Assembly: GCA_030141605.1 (NCBI GenBank)
Contig: JAQGDQ010001214.1
Coordinates: 1 to 54,828 of the forward strand
Direction of reading: 5' to 3'
Source: Tubiluchus corallicola
Lineage: Eukaryota > Animalia > Priapulida
Length of the DNA stretch: 54,828 nucleotides
The position numbers and the translations under genes were made by a program. Each line of letters opens with the position of its first letter. The first letter of the stretch is position 1. Positions 24,462-35,341 of the stretch are shown here, piece by piece. Under the pieces are notes generated by a model that saw nothing but the letters and a program-made list of their open reading frames with translations, was not told the DNA's origin and searched no databases.

Positions 24462-24714
24462 CTAGCAGCAAGCATCAAACGTTTGAGCGTAAAATTATAG
24501 ATTCGAATAACTCAGCACTTCAACTATATATGTTTGAAACATCGTAAGTTAGCGTAATTTAGCTGTGAATTCTGTGCAAAACTTTTAAACAAATTATTAA
24601 TGTTTACTGTGGGATAAAATCGGGTAATATGCACGATCTTTGTGAGGCCGCTTTTTATTAATGATTCGAAATCTCGAAATTCATTAGCTTTCTGGCAGAG
24701 AATGCTCATTCCTA
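24462..24714 (+). mobile_element. Degenerate copy of the 41167-41602 hAT-like MITE, in the NIF3L1 3' UTR region
   Basis: Shares tagattcgaataa.tcagcacttca, atatgca.gatctttgt and a tgctca..ccta end. Confidence 0.6.
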
Positions 24715-24743
24715 CTAATCACCACCTGATACCTGTAAAAAAG

Positions 24744-25012
24744 TTACACGACTTCTACTGGATCTCTGTCATGTTCTGCATACAAGACTCCCACTCTTCC
24801 ATCTAATAGTTTTTCTAACGTTGAACAAAACTGCCGAAGAAAACCTCTCTCAGAGTTCGAATGTTCGCACAGAATGACAGACGTTCCGCGATGAACAGCT
24901 TGCAGAATGTCGTGATGCGACATTTCTCCTGTGACGTACAAGTCGGCTTGAACTCCCGTCAGAATGGAACCGCCAGAGCCTGCACAGACCGCCACGCTTT
25001 TTACAGGTGTTT
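24744..25012 (-). CDS. NIF3L1: NIF3L1 exon 5 (last)
   Basis: ttacag|..VAVCAGSG..DLYVTGEMSHHD..ILCEHSNSERGFL..DRDPVEVV*. Spliced total 1056 nt = 351 aa from the 30743 ATG. Confidence 0.95.
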
Positions 25013-25080
25013 CTGTAATAGTAAAAAATGGCAAGCTTATGAATTATTAACAAATGAAAGTAATTAATGACATTTGATAT

Positions 25081-25159
25081 TAATACTTTTCTAAGGAATT
25101 ACAATATTAATACTTTTCTAAAGAATTACAATATTAATACTTTTCTAAAGAATTACAAA
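25081..25159. repeat. 27-bp tandem repeat x3
   Basis: taatacttttctaa(g/a)gaattacaatat; ~70 nt from the NIF3L1 exon 5 acceptor. Confidence 0.85.
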
Positions 25160-25361
25160 GTTATAATTACTGGATCAGTAGAGGACAGAAACCAAGGTTT
25201 AGGGATTTAAAATTGAGGCCTTCCCAGTTTTAAACTGACTATTAAACAGGAGGGCAGACAACGACACAGCTGGAGATGCCAGTGAGAAAAAAACTTGGTT
25301 GCTTATTTCATAAAAGTGCAGCAAAATTCTCTTCAATTCGCTTCTAAAATAGCCAAATGGT

Positions 25362-27046
25362 TCACCTGTGCATCTAGTGGTGAGCTGAGAACTGCCTCAC
25401 CTGTGCATCTAGTGGTGAGCTGAGAACTGTCTCACCTGTGCATCTAGTGGTGAGCTCAGAACTTTCTCACATGTGCATCTAGTGGTGAACTCAGAACTGC
25501 CTCACCTGTGCATCTAGTGGTGAGCTCAGAACTTTCTCACCTGTACATCTAGTGGTGAGCTCAAAACTTTCTCACCTGTGCATTTAGTGGTGAGCTCAGA
25601 ACTTTCTCACCAGTGCATCTAGTGGTGAGCTCAGAACTTTCTCACTTGTGCATCTAGTGGTGAACTCAGAACTTTCTCACCAGTGCATCTATTGGTGAGC
25701 TCAGAACTTTCTCACCAGTGCATCTCTTGGTAAACTCAGGACTTTCTCACCAGTGCATCTGGTGGTGAGTTCAGGACTTTCTCACCTGTGCATCTAGTGG
25801 TGAGCTCAGAACTTTCTCACCTGTGCAGCTAGTGGTAAACTCAGAACTTCCTCACCTGTGCATCTGTTGGTGAGCACTGGACTTTCTCACCTGTGCATCT
25901 AGTGGCGAGCTCAGGACTTTCTCACCTGTGCATCTAGTGGCGAGCTCAGGACTTTCTCACCTGTGCATCTAGTGGTGAGCTCAGAACTTTCTCACCTGTG
26001 CATCTAGTGGTGAGCTCAGAACTTCCTCACCTGTGCATCTAGTGGTGAGCTCAGGACTTTCTCACCTGTGCATCTAGTGGTAAGCTAAGAACTGCCTCAC
26101 CTGTGCATCTAGTGGTGAACTCAGAACTTTCTCACCTGTGCATCTATTGGTGAGCACGGGACTTTCTCACCTGTGCATCTAGTGCTGAGCTCAGAACTTC
26201 TTTACCTGTGCATCTAGTGGTGAACTCAGAATTTTCTCACCTGTGCATCTAGTGGTGAGCACGGGACTTTCTCACCTGTGCATCTAGTGGTGAACTCAGA
26301 ACTTTTTCACCTGTGCATCTATTGGTGAACTCAGGACTTTCTCACCTGTGCATCTAGTGGTGAGCTCAGAACTTTCTCACCTGTGCATCTAGTGGTGAGC
26401 TCAGAACTACCTCACCGGTGCATCTAGTGGTGAGCTCAGGACTTTCTCACCTGTGCATCTAGTGGTGAGCTCAGAACTTTCTCACCTGTGCATCTAGTGG
26501 TGAGCTCAGAACTTTCTCACCTGTGCATCTAGTGGTGAACTCAGAACTTTCTCACCTGTGCATCTAGTGGTGAGCTCAGAACTTTCTCACCAGTGCATCT
26601 ATTGGTGAGCTCAGAACTTTCTCACCTGTGCATCTATTGGTGAACTCAGAACTTTCTCACCTGTGCATCTAGTGGTGAGCTCAGAACTTTCTCACCTGTG
26701 CATCTAGTGGTGAGCTCAGGACTTTCTCACCTGTGCATCTAGTGGTGAGCTCAGAACTTTCTCACCTGTGCATCTAGTGGTGAGCTCAGAACTTTCTCAC
26801 CTGTGCATCTAGTGGTGAGCTCAGAACTTTCTCACCAGTGCATCTATTGGTAAACTCAGAAGTTCCTCACCTGTGCATCTAATGGTGAGCTCAGAACTTT
26901 CTCACGAGTGCATCTATTGGTGAGCTCAGAACTTTCTCACCTGTGCATCTAGTGGTGAGCTCAGAACTTTCTCACCAGTGCATCTAGTGGTGAACTCAGA
27001 ACTTTCTTGCCTGTGCATCTAGTGGTGAGCTCCGAATTTTCTCACC
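25362..27046. repeat. 35-bp minisatellite x ~48 in NIF3L1 intron 4
   Basis: Unit ctcacctgtgcatctagtggtgagctcagaacttt with scattered variants and no unique spacers. Confidence 0.96.
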
Positions 27047-27535
27047 GCGGACTCGCTGTTTCGCGGGTTTCTAAAAATATTAATGTAAAATATTTATTGC
27101 GGTATTTTCGCTGTTTCCCGGAAATTTGCGGTACTCCGTCTAAAGTATTTTTGCACATGCGTAGTACGTATTGTACAGTAATGTATAGATTTACAGTAAA
27201 TAGTGTATTTATTCGGCGGATGAATACACACCAAACACGAAATGTAGTACTTGTGCTCGCTTGAGATGCTACTTGCCGACGTGAGATTGTACACAACACA
27301 CGATTGGTTGATTGATGGAGACTATAAAGACTTAAAATAATGTATAACTACTAAAATAAGTTCTGTTCTGTTCCAGGCCCACCAGCGATAAGTGAATTTC
27401 CGCGAAGTAGGGACGCTAAGTGAGAGGACACTGTATCACATTTTGCAAAAGTTTCTCAATAAATGTTAGTGCATAGTTGCGAATAACTGCAGATAATAAA
27501 CACGCGCTTAACACAGGTAAGGAAATTACTCTTAC

Positions 27536-27677
27536 CCAGGCTGTGGTTCAGTGCCAATGCACATCTGAGGTGAGAAAGTCCCAAGTGAGCCTTTAGTTTC
27601 GCCACAGCCGAACCAATGTTCATTTGTGCCATTCCAAGCACTGCCAGCCTTCCCGCTCCGACACCAGGAATCAATGG
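27536..27677 (-). CDS. NIF3L1: NIF3L1 exon 4
   Basis: tttttag|PLIPGVGAGRLAVLGMAQMNIGSAVAKLKAHLGLSHLRCALALNHSL+G|GTAAGA; GxGR motif. Confidence 0.9.
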
Positions 27678-27885
27678 CTAAAAACATAAGAAGAAAAACG
27701 AAAAAGTGATAAATTCATTACATTAATTAATTCAAATTCATTAATTAGTTTAACGGTGCAACTTTGGCAATGCTGTTTTTTGTTTTTAAAGTTCACAAGT
27801 GAAATTCTGTCAAGTTCATAAAAATAATTTAAAATTAATTTGCATGACAGCGAAAATGCAAAAACGTATATATAACAAGATGTAC

Positions 27886-28003
27886 CTTGCTAATTTCCAT
27901 TAATTCCGTCCGTTGCTTTATTGAAGGATAAAGATCTAAAATATTCAGAATTTCAGAAAGAGAATCTCTTTTTGTTGTGAATGAAACTATCTGGTCATCT
28001 TTC
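27886..28003 (-). CDS. NIF3L1: NIF3L1 exon 3
   Basis: tttacag|G+KDDQIVSFTTKRDSLSEILNILDLYPSIKQRTELMEISK|GTACAT; 118 nt, phase 2 to 0. Confidence 0.8.
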
Positions 28004-29149
28004 CTGTAAATTAATTATCGCCACTTAATCAATGCAAATTATAAGAATAATTAGCAGGCAATTAGCATAAGTTTGCATTTCAGTGCATAAGTTTGAGGCA
28101 GATGAGCATCATGCAAACCAAAAAAGCTTTCACCAAAAAAGAACTCTGTGGCAGGAATTTTAGCAAAGTTGTAACTAATCCCAGCAGGTCAATAAAACGT
28201 AAAAAAACAACATAAAATGGTGAGATTCTGCTTTCCTAGCAGTTTTTGTCACCGTGATGCTCCAAAAACTGCAAAACTGATATTGGCACGAGTTCTCTGC
28301 CGTGCTTTGTCATTATGGAGATGTTTGTGCTTAAAGCACCTCATTACTCACTAGTTGGTCAATAACTCTTAGCCTACATTCACTTCAATGCTGTATTACA
28401 AGTAGGCTCACAAACAACATTGCTTAATTTCAGTTTCCCAAGACAAACTGCATATGAAATGCTAATGGTATTGGTTTGTATACTGTAATACTACTAAATA
28501 AATGTAATTACTGAATTGCGTTTGCTTCATAAAATTTTGGCTTTGAGTTTCATTTTGTTTGATATAATTTTTTGCTATGAGTTAAATTGCGTTTTGCATT
28601 GCTTGTGATAACTTCCTTTTATTCTGAGTGGAATTGCATTTTTGCTTTGAGTAGATTTTTGTTGCTTTTGTTTGATATTATTTTTTGCTCTACATTGAAT
28701 GTCATTAATTTTTTGCTTGATGTTATGCCTAGCTTATGCTTTGAATTGCGTTTCTGCTTTGAGTTGATTTTTTGTTGCTTTTGCCTTTTATATATGCACA
28801 AACACCTAAAAATGTCATGAGCCTGTGAGTAAACTTGTATTTTTAATTAGGGGCAGCTGATCAAGTGACCACTAGGTCTTTCGCTGCTCCTTCTCAGCTG
28901 CAATGAAATGTAAAAATAATTATGACGAATTTTAACTGCAATTGCGAAAAAAATTGAATTGAATTGCATGCGGAAAATGACTGTGCCATACCTTCTGTGC
29001 AAAATTTACAATAATTTTCAGAACACCAAATTTTCGTAGTTTACAACAATTTCTAGGCAAGTTTGTTTAAAGCAGCTACTATCTATACTACTAAAGATTT
29101 TAAACAGCATGTCTTTTAACTGTTTTTCATATTATAAGTAAATACTTAC

Positions 29150-29321
29150 CATTTGCGATGAAATGTGATGCCAGCAACTGCTCTCATCTGATCCAGGATT
29201 TTGCTAGTTTCACAGCTGCGATCAGACATGTCAATCTCTATACGTACATCATCTCCGCTAAGAGTTGACAGTGATGTTCGTGACGTGATCGGAGACACGG
29301 TAAAATTACCCCCTGCTGGTT
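29150..29321 (-). CDS. NIF3L1: NIF3L1 exon 2
   Basis: caacag|AA+PAGGNFTVSPITSRT...GITFHRK+TG|GTAAGT; 172 nt, phase 1 to 2, consistent with both neighbours. Confidence 0.75.
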
Positions 29322-30388
29322 CTGTTGACGACAAGTGATAAATATTACAAACCATTGTAACTGACGAGAAAAGAAGGATAAATACTGAAAATTAGAATTT
29401 ATAGCATCTAAAGTAACAAGGAAACGTGACATTAATACATATTATTAATTGCGTGGCTAAATGGCGTACAAGATACAGAACAAATTTCAACAGAAATTTT
29501 CACTCTCCTGATTTAATTTAATGCAATAAAACCTGGCATCAAAGGTAAAATATTAATTATGTCTTTTGTCTTGTATCTCCTAAGTAATTGTTGCTCTTTT
29601 TCATACTTACTTTTTCTCATAAATTTTTCTATATTACACTTTTTTGATACTTATTTTTATCTTTCCATACTCTCAGTTTTTAACTTTACTTACTAACCTT
29701 GGTCAAATTCCCCTGTTAATAAGACCCCATTTGAAACTACTACATATAATAATCCTAATTACTGATCCTAATTACTGAATAATTGTATTGTTTTGTTTAG
29801 ATTTTGGTATCCAACTTTATTATATTTTTGTTTTCAGTTCTTTTTGGATAATTTGTATCATTTATACTGTTTTTATTATTTTTTTCTTATTTGCTTTTGT
29901 TATTTGCAGCATCACCGTTAATTTTTAATAGACTAATCTATTTATAAGAAAGGGCAGGAGACTAGATGCCCATATGGTCCTTCCCTGCCCTGCTCCATGA
30001 TTATAATTACTTAATATTTAAAAAAAATTGATGTTAAACTAATTGGAGAAAATAAATGTTATATGTCTATGTCAAGTAGAAGATTAACTTTGACAAGAAC
30101 ACATTTCGTTTATCAGTTTCAATAGTTTTCAACCTTGGAAATTTTGCCAAAGTGTACCTGTCACGTCATATATTTTTGATGTTGCACGCAATCTTTTGTT
30201 GGTTAAATTAACTCACTTTTTAAACTTATAAAAAGTTACTAACAACATACAAAAATTAAAAGAATTTCTTGTTGTGAATAAAGTGACCTTTACAGCACTA
30301 TTTGCACTGATTTATTATTATAATTCTCGCGAACTGACTTAACCACCTCTAAACACATTTTAACTATCAAAAAACATTCATGACTTAC

Positions 30389-30743
30389 TGAAACAATGAA
30401 TCAACCAATCGTTAACGCCTCCACTTACAGCATCAAAAGCAGTATGCGGTGAAAATACAGCAATTCTTCGTTCGATACACTCCAAGATAAGCCTTTCCTT
30501 CCATGAGGCACATGTCAGCTTTGTCAAAGGATGGAATATAGGCGGATGGTATGATATGATCATTGACACACTCTTTGCTTTTGCTTCGTTCAAAACAGGT
30601 TCAGTCAGGTCGTTTGTGACAAGCACAGTTTGCACTGCATGGGGCGAAGTTGGTTCCACGAGCAACCCAACATTGTCCCACTTCTCTGCTAGTGACAGAG
30701 GGGCAAATGATTGCAGTCTCTTTACCACTTCAGCTAAATCCAT
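30389..30743 (-). CDS. NIF3L1: NIF3-like protein 1, exon 1 (possible upstream in-frame ATG at 30857)
   Basis: MDLAEVVKRLQSFAPLSLAEKWDNVGLL..TNDLT..IISYHPPIF..FSPHTAFD..GVNDWL; donor A|GTAAGT, phase 1. Confidence 0.95.
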
Positions 30744-32121
30744 ACTTGTAGTACTAGAAATAATCTTAGAATGCCTGGCACCGGTAAAAAATGCACTCCA
30801 GAATACTTTCTGGTGCCGAGATTTTAACAATGAACGCCAATATGAGCAATTCCACATTGTGGAATACCACAACAGTGCTATAATTCATTGCGGTTTCATA
30901 GAAACCACTACGGTTGACATTGGGAAGGCAGAATTGGCTAAACGAAACGAATTTTAGTCTCAAGCTATCAGTCCAGCGAATAACAGGTAGATATACCGTT
31001 TACTGCAAACTATAAACAAAGGATTATCGCCCTCATTTGACTACTTTGGTTGGCTATTTTAATTATTTCCGACCAGAGCCTTCGAACAATCAGCGTGTCT
31101 GCTTAAGCAATATGGGAAATCACCTATAGTAACTTATTCCCCCTCTTTTATGTGTATTGCCTCGTCATAGCTGGGACTGCATACTTTATACACGCACATT
31201 TGCCAAATGAAGTGCTCACAACAAGGGCTAGGTTACCCTATAGGCTACAGTACCAGGAAGAAAGAAGGAAACTTTCTTTCCTTCTTCCTTGAGCTGTCTG
31301 CAGGCATATCAGTGCCTTTGTAAAAATTGCGTTAATATTTTCTTGCTGCTTTCTGCGTAAATTATAATTACAAACTTATTGTATGCTCATTGTAGATCTA
31401 GTGACAAGTTCTAAAAATTCTAATAAAGCCTAGGGCCCCTCCAGCTTAGAGGAGCCCTGCTAAAAGATTTTCAAATTTATTTTTTTAAATATGTTCAACT
31501 TTAAAAAGCCATTGTTAAAAAAGTGGCCCTTATTTGAAATAAATGTTGATGGGCCCAAAAGGTCATAATCTGACCCTGTTCACAGCGTAACTCAAACTGC
31601 TTGGCACTCTTAAACAGTAATTATTTTATCACTCTTCAACTTCACATACTATATCAGTTGTCATGCCTAATTTTAAGTGCTTACTTCAACTGCTGAAGGC
31701 AAAATAATGAGTAATACCCAATCATTAAAATGCAGTGTTTTAACTAATTATGACGGATCCTACCAAGTGGGAATTACCATCTTGTAGGAGGTGAACAAAT
31801 TTCTTAAGGTAAATTATGAACGATATTTTTATAGTTGTTAACATAGAAAGGTCCCTTATAGCGACACAGAAACAGTGAAACTGGTGTGCTGTTCAGTTGA
31901 TGAATGTTGCATAAAACTATTCAGGTGGTAAGTAACAATCCAACTTTCATTTAGCATTTATGAAGAACAGAAGACACATCTAAAATTTTGTGCCAACATA
32001 AAAGTGAGTTCTCAGTTTTGTTTAACTGGCTTATAATTGTTTTTTAAAGGTAGCATCTGTAATAATACCATAGATGTGTAAATCAAAGACCTCGGTGATT
32101 GCTTAGCAGTGTTCTACATTC

Positions 32122-33275
32122 TAGACTGTCTTAGCAGACGAGCATTTAAGACAAAATACTTTAATTTAGATAAAAAATTTAAGTCAGTGGCTTGTCAGCA
32201 CCGCTACCGCACTAGAACAAGCCATAGAAACCAGCTAAAAAACCTGCAGGAGGACAAATGTCAACATATTTCGATTTTGCACGGAAAGATTTAAACACTT
32301 CAGCATTGATCCTTAGAAATAAATCCACTTGGGGCGTTGCAGCGAGTCCTGGCATAGGGAGATGAGCAGAATCATGTCCCTGAACGTATGATTCATTGGA
32401 TGATAGACTGTCTTAGAAAAATAAAGACGCCGTTTAAGATGGATTGGGCATATACTTAGACTACCTGATAATAGTCCAGTGAAGATAGCTCTTCAACAAG
32501 CCATAGAACCAGCTAAAAAACCTGCAGGAGGACAAATGTTAACATATTTAGATTTTGCACAGAAAGATTTAAACACTTCAGCATTGATCCTTAGAAATAA
32601 ATCCACTTGGGGCGTTGCAGCGAGTAGGGAGTCCTGGCATAGGGAGGTGAGCAGAATCATGTCCCTGGACGTATGATTCATTGGATGATAGACTGTCTTA
32701 GAAAAATGAAGACGCCGTTTAAGATGGACTGGGCATATACTTAGACTACCTGATAATAGTCCAGTGAAGATAGCTCTTCAACAAGCCATAGAACCAGCTA
32801 AAAAACCTGCAGGAGGACAAATGTTAACATATTTAGATTTTGCACAGAAAGATTTAAACACTTCAGCATTGATCCTTAGAAATAAATCCACTTGGGGCGT
32901 TGCAGCGAGTAGGGAGTCCTGGCATAGGGAGGTGAGCAGAATCATGTCCCTGGACGTATGATTCATTGGATGATAGACTGTCTTAGAAAAATGAAGACGC
33001 CGTTTAAGATGGATTGGGCATATACTTAGACTACCTGATAATAGTCCAGTGAAGATAGCTCTTCAACAAGCCATAGAACCAGCTAAAAAACCTGCAGGAG
33101 GACAAATGTTAACATATTTAGATTTTGCACAGAAAGATTTAAACACTTCAGCATTGATCCTTAGAAATAAATCCACATGGGGCGTTGCAGCGAGTAGGGA
33201 GTCCTGGCATAGGGAGGTGAGCAGAATCATGTCCCTGGACGTATGATTCATTGGATGATGATGATAGACTGTCTT
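32122..33275 (+). mobile_element. Tandem array (4 x ~285 bp) of a non-LTR retrotransposon 3' end (RTE-like)
   Basis: Each unit encodes RRRLRW(I/T)GHILRLPDNSPVKIAL...SRESWHREV* (post-RT C-terminal LINE motif) and a GAT tail; TAGACTGTCTT at all 5 boundaries. Confidence 0.8.
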
Positions 33276-33941
33276 GCTGTTCTGATCTTTTTTGTTTAAG
33301 TTCCTAATTAGTTTAATAAATACTATTTTATTACGCACGCATTTGTCTGGTTGCTAATATTATTGTAGCGTGTAACAGCATCAAGGAAAACGATACTACA
33401 GTATTTGATTGGTAACTATAGCCCAGTCTGTAAACTTATTAAAACTCAATACACGATATAGTGAAGTGTTGCACTTTACTAGAAATTAACTTTACATAAA
33501 AATTACAAGAAACATTTTTAGACGAATTGCTTTAATTTAACAAAAATTGTTTAACAAAATTAAAAAAGCAACATTAATAACTGGAATAACATTGTAACAA
33601 AAACATTTTAAATCACCAAGAAGTTTAAAGAGGCGTTTATGTAGCATGCGGATGCGTTTTCCACCCCTGCGGAACAGCCTGAGGAAAAAAACCAACGTGG
33701 GTAGGTGCAGAAAAAGAATAGTGGGCTGAACAAATGAGTGTACTGAAAACAATGTAAACAGATTTTATCTATTCCGCAACATCGGCATCCGGATGCTACG
33801 TAAATGTCACTTAACATTACGTAATCGACCAGAAATGTGCATCCTAATGCATTGCATAGCTAGACACGTTTACACACTCAATGGTCGTACAAATCTCACT
33901 CTACTATTAAAGACGTTCTGATTGTTCTGCAACAGTTAAAG

Positions 33942-34477
33942 CAGTGGTTACCAACCTTCTGTTAATGGCGACCCCTTTCCAGAACCCTGCATCATATAGT
34001 GACCCCACGAAGAACATAATCACATGTCACACTATTAAACATCATTATCTTTCGCATTTATTAATTTTAACTTACTGTTCAAAAAATTATTGAACAATGA
34101 CTGATTGTTTCATTAATGTGATGGTTGCGCTTGTTTCTCAGAGACCAGTAATGCAACAGCAATAGGTATCTAAGGTAAAATGAATAACAACACGCATTCG
34201 GGTGGTGAACACTGTACACAAGTGTACAGCATGGAACAACGTGCATTTTCTTTTTTCCGAAAATCAAGCACTGATAAACCACATTTAGAGCGGGGAAAAA
34301 CCCTGTTTCACTTTCCAGAACAAATGATGTAATGAGAGACTGACAAAACAAGACCTACTTACAAACTTTTCATGAAAACAGCATTTTTAAAAATGGTTTT
34401 TGGACTATTTCGTTGACCCCACGAAAAGTGCTTGGTGACCCCAATTGGGGTTGCGACCCCAAGTTTGGGAACCCATG
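33942..34477. mobile_element. hAT-like MITE
   Basis: Ends CAGTGGTTACCAACCTT / AAGTTTGGGAACCCATG; flanks agttaaag / acttaaag (7 of 8 TSD match); subterminal gacccc motifs. Confidence 0.65.
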
Positions 34478-34556
34478 ACTTAAAGAAGAACCGAACCCCA
34501 TCTTAACATGTATACTTTTTGCCGTACTTCAAAATGGGGTAGAATATAAAAAAATC

Positions 34557-34588
<32 letters not shown>

Positions 34589-35341
34589 GCACATACATAT
34601 ATATATATATTGTGTGTGTATGTATATATATATCTATACATAGGGTGACTCATAATACACTTTGATTTCTAATTTACTTTTTACATTTTTCTCCAATCTC
34701 AGCAAACTCTTACGTGAATCAAAAAGAGTCTATATACACAACACAAGTTCAAAAATCGCAATAAAGAGGAACCAATGAAAACATTCACCTAGTTAACTGT
34801 GGGAGAAATTAGAAAAATCAGAAAGGCCAAAAATTTAGGCGTTTCCGGAATTGCAAATTTAAACATACGAAAAAACATAGTAGGATTGGCCAGTAAAAAC
34901 AGTTAGAACAATCCAGATGGCGTAATATAGATTCACGCTAATACAATGATGAATTTATAAACAAACACCCCAACAAATGGTTCTTTGCTTAACATCACCG
35001 TGGACAAAACTTTGATAAATTGTCTACGCTATACAATTTTGCATGCAAACTAAAGTTAATATTAAATACGGCATGTGACTGTACAAAATTGCCTTAGCAG
35101 CCTTTACTTCAAGCAAATGTGTAATATTAAGAGTAACAAAAGTGCAGTAATTTCATTTGGGAAGCCACAGAATCAGTAAACTGCACTGCTGCTACGGGCT
35201 TAATGTCAAGATGTCATTACAGTTTTTGTACAGCTTAAAGAGCAAAACTGTTAGTAGCATTCCAAGTAAGATTACCACCCTTTTTCAGTTTACAATTTAA
35301 AAATATATTCAAGTAGTAACTGTATAAGGAAAGAAAGGAAA

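Noticed and set aside
25362-27046. CRISPR-like appearance of the 35-bp (also the 30- and 40-bp) arrays
   Set aside because: Units are head-to-tail with no unique spacers, there are no cas genes, and the context is eukaryotic introns.
28348-29090. Alternative NIF3L1 middle exons (28348-28373, 28991-29090)
   Set aside because: Weak acceptor or in-frame stop; exon 27886-28003 already satisfies phase and homology.
32479-33246. Three identical 65-aa genes
   Set aside because: GTG-initiated fragments of a LINE ORF2 C-terminus inside a tandem repeat.
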